This document shows positions 49,086-57,128 of a stretch of 57,128 bases of DNA, piece after piece. This DNA is from Candidatus Hadarchaeales archaeon (GTDB lineage: Archaea > Hadarchaeota > Hadarchaeia > Hadarchaeales > Hadarchaeaceae), in assembly GCA_038872135.1 (NCBI GenBank), contig JAVZGN010000006.1, positions 1 through 57,128 on the forward strand. Reading direction: 5' to 3'. Position numbers and translations under genes: made by a program. Position 1 is the first letter of the stretch. Each line of letters begins with the position of its first letter. The notes under the pieces are model-generated. The model was not told where the DNA came from. It saw nothing but the letters and a program-made list of their open reading frames with translations, and did not search any database.

Positions 49086-49807
49086 ACTTCTCCCTTCTTT
49101 AGTATGTACCTCTCCTTTAACGCTTCCCTCTGGGCGGCATATATCTGCTCGCACCCCTTTAATCCCAGTGCTATCGCTCGTTTGAATTCATCTGCCGTGA
49201 AGTGGCCATCCATCTGCAACAGAGTTATTGCCTTTTTTCTCGGCATCACGGCCATCGGCATGTCGGTGGTTCCAAGCTGGTCTTCCTCTTTCATCAGATC
49301 GAGCACTATCGTCCCGTCGACTTTTCCCACGGCAACAGAAGCTACGAGGTCTCTCATCGGGATTCCAGCGTTTGCCAACGCCACAGATGCTGCATTTATC
49401 CCTGCTGTTCTGGTTCCGGCGTCGGCCTGCAGAACCTCTATGAAAACATCTATCACAGATCTCGGGTAGAGCTCCAGGAAAAGAGCTGGCTCAAGGGCCT
49501 CCCTGATCACTTTGGATATCTCTATTGAACGTCTGTCGGGACCTGGCTTTTTCCTCTCGTCAACTGAGAATGGCGCCATGCTGTATCTGCACCTGAGGAC
49601 TCCGACATCTGGCTCTGCGGCATGCCTTGGATGCATCTCTCTCGGTCCATAGACTGCAGCGAAAACTTTGTTTTTCCCGAGTTCTATGTATGCTGAGCCA
49701 TCAGCGCGCTCCAAGACTCCCGCAACTATTTTCAGCGGTCTGAGCTCTTCTGGCGCTCTTCCATCCCTTCTCTTTCCATCCACTATCAGCTTTTCGGTGC
49801 TTTCCAT
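49082..49807 (-). CDS. rrp41: Exosome component Rrp41
   Basis: [30 protein letters not shown]. Confidence 0.97.
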   Translation of the reverse strand: MESTEKLIVDGKRRDGRAPEELRPLKIVAGVLERADGSAYIELGKNKVFAAVYGPREMHPRHAAEPDVGVLRCRYSMAPFSVDERKKPGPDRRSIEISKVIREALEPALFLELYPRSVIDVFIEVLQADAGTRTAGINAASVALANAGIPMRDLVASVAVGKVDGTIVLDLMKEEDQLGTTDMPMAVMPRKKAITLLQMDGHFTADEFKRAIALGLKGCEQIYAAQREALKERYILKKGEV

Positions 49808-50499
49808 CAACTCACCTCCGATTTTTTCTTTTCGAGCATGAGGCGAATTCTGTCTGTTAGACCAGAAGTGTGCGCCTCTCGCTCGATCGTGAACAAGGCC
49901 TCAGCAACTGCCTCCACCATCCTTTCATTTCTACCCCACACCATAATTCTTCCATTCTGCCCCACAAAAAGCCTGCAACCCCCGATCTTTTGGAGTATTT
50001 CCAGCATTGAGCCCTTCTTGCCTAGGACCCTTGGGATTTTCGCCGGGGAAATCTCCAAAAGCTTTCCTCCCTTTAACTTTCCAAGCCCAATTCCCTCGGT
50101 TTTCAGAAGAACGTGAAATCTCTCATCGACATCTGCTATTTCTGCAGCAATGATGTCTCCTACCGTCAGATATTTTGAGATATCTTCCTGCGAGGGGTCG
50201 AGCCTCCTTCCCAGAAGACTTGAGGCGAATAGATTTCCTTGATAGGGGGAATTTATGTCGACCGCCCACCCATACTGGTACAGGTCAACAACTACTCCGA
50301 TGACCTTGTCGCCGACTCTCGGGATGTATGGCCCTTCTAGGGGGATGACCCTGACCCAGCGTTCCCCGATCTCAGCCAGCCCAACAACCGCTGAGTAAAT
50401 TTCATTCCCCTCCCGGTAAGCGCCATCTCCAACCCGATAATTCCCGGTTGCTAGAAGCTGCCCTGGGATGACAAATTCCCGCTGTTTTTTCTCCATCAT
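49807..50499 (-). CDS. rrp4: Exosome RNA-binding component Rrp4
   Basis: VIPG, YIPRVGD, S1 domain, [21 protein letters not shown]. Confidence 0.96.
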   Translation of the reverse strand: MMEKKQREFVIPGQLLATGNYRVGDGAYREGNEIYSAVVGLAEIGERWVRVIPLEGPYIPRVGDKVIGVVVDLYQYGWAVDINSPYQGNLFASSLLGRRLDPSQEDISKYLTVGDIIAAEIADVDERFHVLLKTEGIGLGKLKGGKLLEISPAKIPRVLGKKGSMLEILQKIGGCRLFVGQNGRIMVWGRNERMVEAVAEALFTIEREAHTSGLTDRIRLMLEKKKSEVS

Positions 50500-51191
50500 T
50501 TCACCACCTTCGTCACGACCTCCCCCTTGGTCAGCTCATTCAATTTCTCAAAGAACTCTATCTGAATCCCTGCAGGGATTTCCACCAGGACCGCCCAGGA
50601 GCCATCCTGCAACCATTCCTCCTTTTTCACCGTTCCAAATTTCCCGAGCACCGGCCTAACCTTTCCAACGTGATTGACCGGGACTTTAACTGCGATGTTT
50701 CTCATCTCCAGCTTCAGCGGGATAATTGCTGAAATCTCTTTCATTATTCTTGGCACCTGCTCCTCTGCACTTCTGAACTCTTCTATAGGAACTCTCGCCT
50801 CAGCAATCGCAGCTTCTATCCTAGCCGGCGGGTGGGGCAGCCCGGTCTGAGGATTTATCGCTCTCCTCGAGATGATCGCGACTATCTGCTTGAGCCTCTC
50901 TTCCCTCATCCTCCTTCTCTGCTCGGTGGTGATCTGAACCTCTCCCCTTTTTATTATCTCCTCCGCCACCTTCAGGGGATCGGTTGTCCCAAAGATTTTT
51001 TTCATGGCCTCCTCAGAAGCGGCATCTCCCTTTTTAACATCCTTAAAAATCTTTTCTACCGCCATCGCGGCCTTCACATCCTTGAGTTCTCCGCTCCTTA
51101 TCTTTAAGGCGAGCTCTGGATCAACGAGTATCTCAAAGATGCTCCCCTGGAGAGAAATCCTGGCCACAACTGCATCTTCAAGTCTGACCAT
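50496..51191 (-). CDS. Ribosome maturation factor SBDS/Sdo1
   Basis: FEILVDP, INPQTGLPHPPARIE, EEWLQDGSW. Confidence 0.95.
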   Translation of the reverse strand: MVRLEDAVVARISLQGSIFEILVDPELALKIRSGELKDVKAAMAVEKIFKDVKKGDAASEEAMKKIFGTTDPLKVAEEIIKRGEVQITTEQRRRMREERLKQIVAIISRRAINPQTGLPHPPARIEAAIAEARVPIEEFRSAEEQVPRIMKEISAIIPLKLEMRNIAVKVPVNHVGKVRPVLGKFGTVKKEEWLQDGSWAVLVEIPAGIQIEFFEKLNELTKGEVVTKVVK

Positions 51192-51197
51192 GGCCCG

Positions 51198-51938
51198 CTA
51201 CTCCTTGGCGGGCTTGGCTGACAGCTTCTTTATATACTCCTCTACCTCTTCTGAAGACAGCTTCTTGAATTTCCCAGTTTTAGTGGAAATCACGGCCATC
51301 TCTACCTTATCCTCGCTCAGCTCTCCCTCGATGACCAGCTTTAGAGCTTCTAGCGCGAGAAGGATGGCAGACTCCATGGGGGCCTCCTCGTCATACTTCT
51401 TCTCCAAAAATTCAATGACGGTCTGGGCACCGCCACCTATCGCCTGACATTTGTATGCTGCAACCACTCCGCTGGGGTCTGTTTCAAAGAGGCTGGGGGA
51501 GCCATTGTCAACGCCCGCGATGAGAAATCTTGTCCCAAAAGGCCTAACCCCCCCATGCTGTGTGTATAGTTGCTTTATGTCTCCAATCCTCCTCGCGAGA
51601 GTTTGTACCGATATCGGCTCATCATATCTCAACCTGTGTATCTGCGCCTCTATTCTCGCCTGGTCTGCCAGAACCCTTGCGTCAGCGATCAGACCTGAGG
51701 CAGCTGCTCCTATGTGCTCGTCCACCTGAAATATCTTTTCAATCGAAGTTTTTTCCACAAGATTGCTCCTGACTTTCCTTTCTGCAGCCAAAACCACGCC
51801 TTCTTTAACTTTTATCCCCAGTGCGGTTAATCCTCGCTTCACCGCCTCCTGAGCGTACTGAACCTGAAATAGTTTACCATCTGGGCTGAAGACGGTTATC
51901 GCCCTATCGTATCCCGCTCCAGGAGGTCCAAACGCCAT
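51198..51938 (-). CDS. psmA: Proteasome alpha subunit
   Basis: GYDRAITVFSPDGKLFQVQYA, GGVRPFG, ETDPSG. Confidence 0.98.
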   Translation of the reverse strand: MAFGPPGAGYDRAITVFSPDGKLFQVQYAQEAVKRGLTALGIKVKEGVVLAAERKVRSNLVEKTSIEKIFQVDEHIGAAASGLIADARVLADQARIEAQIHRLRYDEPISVQTLARRIGDIKQLYTQHGGVRPFGTRFLIAGVDNGSPSLFETDPSGVVAAYKCQAIGGGAQTVIEFLEKKYDEEAPMESAILLALEALKLVIEGELSEDKVEMAVISTKTGKFKKLSSEEVEEYIKKLSAKPAKE

Positions 51939-52170
51939 TTATCTCACCGCACCAGTTCGCATAATTTGTTTATGTGTGGATATTTAACTTTTCCCAAGAA
52001 GCATTGCCACTGTCTGTGGCCAGACCGTAAGCGGCGGAGGCAAAATGTCGCTTTATTGGATGACATCGGAAACAACCCATGTGATATCTCTGCCATAACA
52101 GACCGCCGGAGTAGCGCCTCGATGATCCATCTCCAAGGAGTCCAAAAATTTGCTTCTCAATTTTGTCGCC

Positions 52171-52839
52171 TCAATCTTTTGCTATCACCCTGCCGCCATA
52201 TTTATCAATCACTGTCACAGTTGGACCTCCTTCCCCGCTTCCTATTCTGAAGCTGAGCATCTCGCAGGCAAAATTTTCATTCATTTCATTTTCAAATTCT
52301 TCCAGATTTTCCGCTCCCCGCGCCATTCGAAGAGCTAGGTAGGCTGTTTCATAAAGCCGCCCATACCTAGGAACAACTCCAGCATTCACGTACACACCGT
52401 GGGCCTTCACTCCGGACAAATGCTCAAACTCCGCCCAAAGATATCCATGCACAGCAAGACTGCCATCTGGAAGCCACCGGATGTCAATAGAATTCTCGTC
52501 CGCCAGAGGAACATAAATTTTTTTGAAGTTGGAGTAATTCCACCCGGCGGAAATCCTTTGATTGAAATACTCAATTATCCTGCTCTCCACCTGGGATTTG
52601 CTTCCCCCTTTCTTTCCCCACTCGTACATGGCTGCATGGATGGAATCCCTCAGGGCTTCGTTCAACTCGGTTTGAATGGTTGTCGCAACTGCTTTTGTTG
52701 TATCCATTGCAATTGCCCGGATGAATGTGAGCTGCTGGCTTCTGAACCCAGCTTCAAATGTGTACAACGCTACTACTGAAAGCATTAGCACAAAAACCGT
52801 GAAGACGGCAAGGGTTGCAACCGATCCTTTTTCCTCCAT
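52171..52839 (-). CDS. Pilin-like protein (class III signal peptide-like)
   Basis: MEEKG|SVATLAVFTVFVLML: charged leader, KG, hydrophobic helix. Confidence 0.7.
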   Translation of the reverse strand: MEEKGSVATLAVFTVFVLMLSVVALYTFEAGFRSQQLTFIRAIAMDTTKAVATTIQTELNEALRDSIHAAMYEWGKKGGSKSQVESRIIEYFNQRISAGWNYSNFKKIYVPLADENSIDIRWLPDGSLAVHGYLWAEFEHLSGVKAHGVYVNAGVVPRYGRLYETAYLALRMARGAENLEEFENEMNENFACEMLSFRIGSGEGGPTVTVIDKYGGRVIAKD

Positions 52840-52845
52840 TGGGAG

Positions 52846-53334
52846 TCACCTCTCAAAGAGCGTGAGGGTGGCCGGAACCTGGACTATCCTGTTTTCTCCG
52901 GCCTCGGCCACAACTATTGAAATCTTCCCTGAGAAAATAAACATCTGCTTACCGTATCCCCCATTCTCTGGGGAGGTCTGGATCCAGAAGGTGTCTCCAT
53001 GTGATAGCGTTAGGACGACGGTGGTGTTGAGAGGCCTTAGATAATCTAAGACCCTGCCGACTTCACGATGGAGAATGTCCCCCGGAACTACCGTTTCTAT
53101 TCCCACGAGGTTCTCTGCAATTGCTCTCAGATAGCCCAGGGAAAAGTTTTCAACCTGTGAGATTTCTAGAGTCCTATACAGATACTCTGCTTTCAGTTGG
53201 AGCTGTCTATCCGTTGCTGAAGCGATGGCATCGGCCCTGTAGGTGTGGAGGAGAACGCCCGCCAAGATGGCTATGATTAGCATGAAGGTAATCGCCAAAA
53301 CATCGCTGATTCCCTTTTCCCCTATTTTCTCCAG
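52846..53334 (-). CDS. Pilin-like protein with probable CTG start
   Basis: In-frame extension MEKIGEKG|ISDVLAITFMLIIAIL; SD GGAGGTG 5 nt before CTG at 53334. Confidence 0.65.
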   Translation of the reverse strand: MEKIGEKGISDVLAITFMLIIAILAGVLLHTYRADAIASATDRQLQLKAEYLYRTLEISQVENFSLGYLRAIAENLVGIETVVPGDILHREVGRVLDYLRPLNTTVVLTLSHGDTFWIQTSPENGGYGKQMFIFSGKISIVVAEAGENRIVQVPATLTLFER

Positions 53335-53744
53335 ACTTTCACCTCCAACTTTCCTGGTTTGAAGGAATAGTTTTCATAGACAGAAACGGGAAGAACAAGA
53401 GATGCCACAGGTTCTGTGGGCGGTGCTTCCGGGCCATATGGTCCCAAAGCTTTTTCATCTATCATGTTATACCTCAGAAGGATGTTGAAGGAGAAGTTTT
53501 CTCCACCGATGGTCTGCCAGAACTCCAGGGAAGAAATTTTTGCTGGATCGATGGCATAGTCAACCGTGCTTCCGAAAGCTTCAACAGCCAGCTCCCTCAC
53601 GACGAGATGGTTGGCTATTGTTGACGCCGCGTCAATCAGCCCGGCAGTTGAAAGGTTGCTTTTGTAGGTGGAATAGGCTGAGATGAGAAGGGCAATGAAG
53701 ATCACTACAAGGAGGATGGAGATGATTGCCTTAAAGATTCTCAC
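53322..53744 (-). CDS. Pilin-like/membrane-anchored protein
   Basis: N-terminal hydrophobic helix; C-terminal GKLEVKVW strand; coupled within cluster. Confidence 0.6.
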   Translation of the reverse strand: MRIFKAIISILLVVIFIALLISAYSTYKSNLSTAGLIDAASTIANHLVVRELAVEAFGSTVDYAIDPAKISSLEFWQTIGGENFSFNILLRYNMIDEKALGPYGPEAPPTEPVASLVLPVSVYENYSFKPGKLEVKVWRK

Positions 53745-54103
53745 TACATCCGTAGAACCACCAACCCCTGCTGCGAGATGCCGATAGAAAGGGTGTGGGA
53801 GCCGGTTCCAAGTATAAAATTCTCAGAAAATCTAGCGGCAAGGCCTGTAGCAGAATACCTCTGACCGTCGATGAATATCTGATTGTCCACAAACCTCATA
53901 GAATATCCTTGAGGTATTGTTATCCCGACTACCCTCGGGCTGCCAGAGGCGATGACCTCTTCACATGCTCCACCAACCGCCTGGAGAGCTTCTCTCGCCT
54001 CTCTGTTGGCGGAAATCTGCTGGAAGGAAAGATATCCGACTACCCCTATGCTTGCTGTGAGAGCCGCCATTATCACTATCCCAATTGTTCTGATGGCGGG
54101 CAT
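53744..54103 (-). CDS. Pilin-like/membrane-anchored protein
   Basis: N-terminal hydrophobic helix, amphipathic helix, GSPRVVGITIP, beta-rich tail. Confidence 0.6.
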   Translation of the reverse strand: MPAIRTIGIVIMAALTASIGVVGYLSFQQISANREAREALQAVGGACEEVIASGSPRVVGITIPQGYSMRFVDNQIFIDGQRYSATGLAARFSENFILGTGSHTLSIGISQQGLVVLRM

Positions 54104-54111
54104 GTTTCTGC

Positions 54112-54534
54112 CTATGTAATTGTCAGAGCCAGAGATGTCGAGCCGGCTTGGCCTTTGGACCCCATGGCGGAGATCGTGAGGGTTGATGATCCGGGAGAGG
54201 CGGTGTTGTCAACGGTGATGATCAGGGTAGAGTAAAATGTCGGCTCTCCCATGGGAGGATTAAAAGAGAGATTTACCCCAGATGGTGCACCAGTGGCTTG
54301 AAGCGTGACATTCTCCTTTGTCCCCATAATGTAATTCACGGTGACGTTAATCGTGGCGCTTCCGCCCCTTGAAACGCTCTTAGAACTCTCCGACAGGATT
54401 ATCTCACATTTGAGCGAGGAGGCATAGCCCCCGGCCCAAGAATAGACGGCATATCCTATCCCCAAGCCAATGATCAGAAGAACTATCCCTGCAAAAATTT
54501 TCATCGCCAGAGGCTCCACTCCACGCTCGTCCAA
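54112..54534 (-). CDS. Pilin-like protein with Ig-like domain (class III signal peptide-like)
   Basis: MDERG|VEPLAMKIFAGIVLLIIGLGIG; Ser/Thr-rich beta sandwich. Confidence 0.7.
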   Translation of the reverse strand: MDERGVEPLAMKIFAGIVLLIIGLGIGYAVYSWAGGYASSLKCEIILSESSKSVSRGGSATINVTVNYIMGTKENVTLQATGAPSGVNLSFNPPMGEPTFYSTLIITVDNTASPGSSTLTISAMGSKGQAGSTSLALTIT

Positions 54535-54583
54535 AGCTCACCTCGATAGACTATGGGAGCTGATGTTTAAAAATGTGAAGTGA

Positions 54584-55471
54584 TCAAATGCCTCTCGCCT
54601 GCAGCCTCTCCTCCTGCTTCAGGGTTCTTATATCAATTCCCTTCATCGGCAGAGGAAGGTTTTTGCAGGCTTCCAGGACGGCTTCCGGGTCGTCATAGTA
54701 TCTTGTCGCTTCAACTATCGCCCTCGCCATCCTTGGAGGATCGCTCGACTTGAATATCCCGGAGCCAACGAAGATCCCATCGACCCCAAGCTGCATGACC
54801 ATCGCTGCATCTGCAGGAGTGGCTATTCCCCCTGCGCAGAACCAGACAACCGACAGCCTCTGGAGCTTGCGAGTTTCTTCTACAAGCTCAACCGGCACGC
54901 GATATTCCTTTGCTTTTGCTTCGAGACCATCTCCATCAAGAGAAGCAAGCTCAGAGATCTGCCTTTTGGTGAGCCTGATGTGTCTTATGGCTTCAACAAT
55001 GTTTCCGGTTCCCGCCTCACCCTTTGTCCTTATCATCGCCGCCCCTTCGTCTATCCTCCTGAGAGCCTCCCCAAGATCTCTGGCCCCGCAGACAAACGGG
55101 ACTTTAAACTTCTTTTTATCGATGTGAAATTCCTCATCTGCTGGGGTAAGAACCTCCGATTCATCTATCATGTCAACACCGAGAGCTTCCAAGACCTGAG
55201 CCTCCGCAAAATGCCCTATCCTGCACTTCGCCATTACTGGGATGGTGACAGCGTTCATTATACTCTCGATAATCGCTGGATCGGCCATCCTTGCAACGCC
55301 GCCAGCAGCCCTGATATCCGCCGGAACTGCCTGAAGAGCCATGACCGCAACCGCCCCGGCCTCTTCCGCTATGATCGCCTGCTCCGGGGTGGTGACATCC
55401 ATGATTACTCCCCCCTTCTGCATCTTTGCAAACCCCCTCTTCAGCCTCTCAGAACCGAACAAGATTTCCAT
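54584..55471 (-). CDS. pdxS: Pyridoxal 5'-phosphate synthase subunit PdxS
   Basis: [43 protein letters not shown]. Confidence 0.97.
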   Translation of the reverse strand: MEILFGSERLKRGFAKMQKGGVIMDVTTPEQAIIAEEAGAVAVMALQAVPADIRAAGGVARMADPAIIESIMNAVTIPVMAKCRIGHFAEAQVLEALGVDMIDESEVLTPADEEFHIDKKKFKVPFVCGARDLGEALRRIDEGAAMIRTKGEAGTGNIVEAIRHIRLTKRQISELASLDGDGLEAKAKEYRVPVELVEETRKLQRLSVVWFCAGGIATPADAAMVMQLGVDGIFVGSGIFKSSDPPRMARAIVEATRYYDDPEAVLEACKNLPLPMKGIDIRTLKQEERLQARGI

Positions 55472-55516
55472 GGCTACCCCTTCTACTTCGCTTCATTCAT
55501 CCTTAAATTTATCGTT

Positions 55517-56548
<1,032 letters not shown>

Positions 56549-56680
56549 TCACCCTCTAATCTCATGCGTTTTAAATGTTGTGTTTGCTGGACGATGGAAC
56601 ATCAGCCACCTTTAAATCTCTGATTTCTGAGATCTCCCGCCAGGAAGATCATTCACCCACAGAAACTCTTGCTGGGCATG

Positions 56681-57043
56681 TCACTTTTTGAAAAGCAGCC
56701 AGTTCTTCCCATCCTTCAGTTTCACAAGACAGTAATCTCCTTTGATCTTCTTTCCCAGGAGCTCGAAGACCAGAGTTTTTTCTTTCTTTTCCTTGAGGAT
56801 GTACTCCCCCCTGTCCCAGATCTTCACTTCTCCGGCCCCATAGCTTCCCTCTGGAATCCTTCCCTCAAACCCCGCATATGACAGCGGATGATCTTCAACC
56901 TCTATCGCCAGCCTCTTCACGCCCCTCTCAAGTGGCAGCCCTTTTGGAACTGCCCAGCTCTTCAAAACCCCATCCATCTCCAGCCTCAAATCGTGATGAA
57001 GCCTTCTGGCGTGGTGCTCGTGGATCACAAATATTCTGCCCAT
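56681..57043 (-). CDS. Stand-alone LigD-type 3'-phosphoesterase (PE) domain
   Basis: FVIHEHHARRLHHDLRLE, SWAVPKG, RLAIEVEDH, FEGRIPEGSYGAG, WDRG. Confidence 0.92.
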   Translation of the reverse strand: MGRIFVIHEHHARRLHHDLRLEMDGVLKSWAVPKGLPLERGVKRLAIEVEDHPLSYAGFEGRIPEGSYGAGEVKIWDRGEYILKEKKEKTLVFELLGKKIKGDYCLVKLKDGKNWLLFKK

Positions 57044-57128
57044 CTCATCAATTCCCAATTTATCGTTCACCACAAAGCTTTTTTTGTGGAAAAGATAGTT
57101 GGGGGTGGTTTAAGTGGCCGTCCTCTCC

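Noticed and set aside
47757..49469. 570-aa + strand ORF and other long antisense ORFs (e.g. 32539-33648, 7269-8270)
   Set aside because: Shadow frames of well-conserved genes on the opposite strand.
51940..52170. Intergenic region upstream of psmA as an sRNA or RNase P subunit remnant
   Set aside because: No convincing C/D boxes, long stems or protein motif seen.

Overview
Archaeal chromosome segment (~50% GC) with euryarchaeal-type gene order. A deep-branching lineage such as Hadarchaeia is a low-confidence guess, not demonstrable here. Left to right: trailer end of a CRISPR array (37-nt repeat, no cas genes in window); dtdA-ftsZ-secE-spt5-SSB-rpl11-rpl1-rpl10-rpl12; alaS-kae1-bud32-HAM1-rps15-RecJ/GAN-[second DHH, Sm-like, Clp1]-Pcc1-like-methanogen-type serS-rps3ae-PIN-glmM; argS divergent to tRNA-Arg(TCG); a ~4.8 kb tRNA-anchored insert carrying a 1471-aa beta-helix surface protein with near-identical DNA repeats; rfcL; a split metE-transglutaminase-JAMM-mptE operon with a structured leader; gar1-tfb; a decayed AAA-ATPase gene; dapB; a type IV pilus-like ATPase/platform operon; tRNA-Ser(TGA); a Gly-rich surface protein; the proteasome/exosome superoperon; five pilin-like genes; pdxS; a bacterial-type GAPDH; and a stand-alone LigD phosphoesterase. 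Best novelty candidates: the DHH/Sm-like/Clp1 module, the tRNA-Arg island with its repeat-diversified adhesin, the metE leader RNA, and the transglutaminase with pseudomurein-binding-like repeats. All calls come from motif recognition by eye; no database searches were run.
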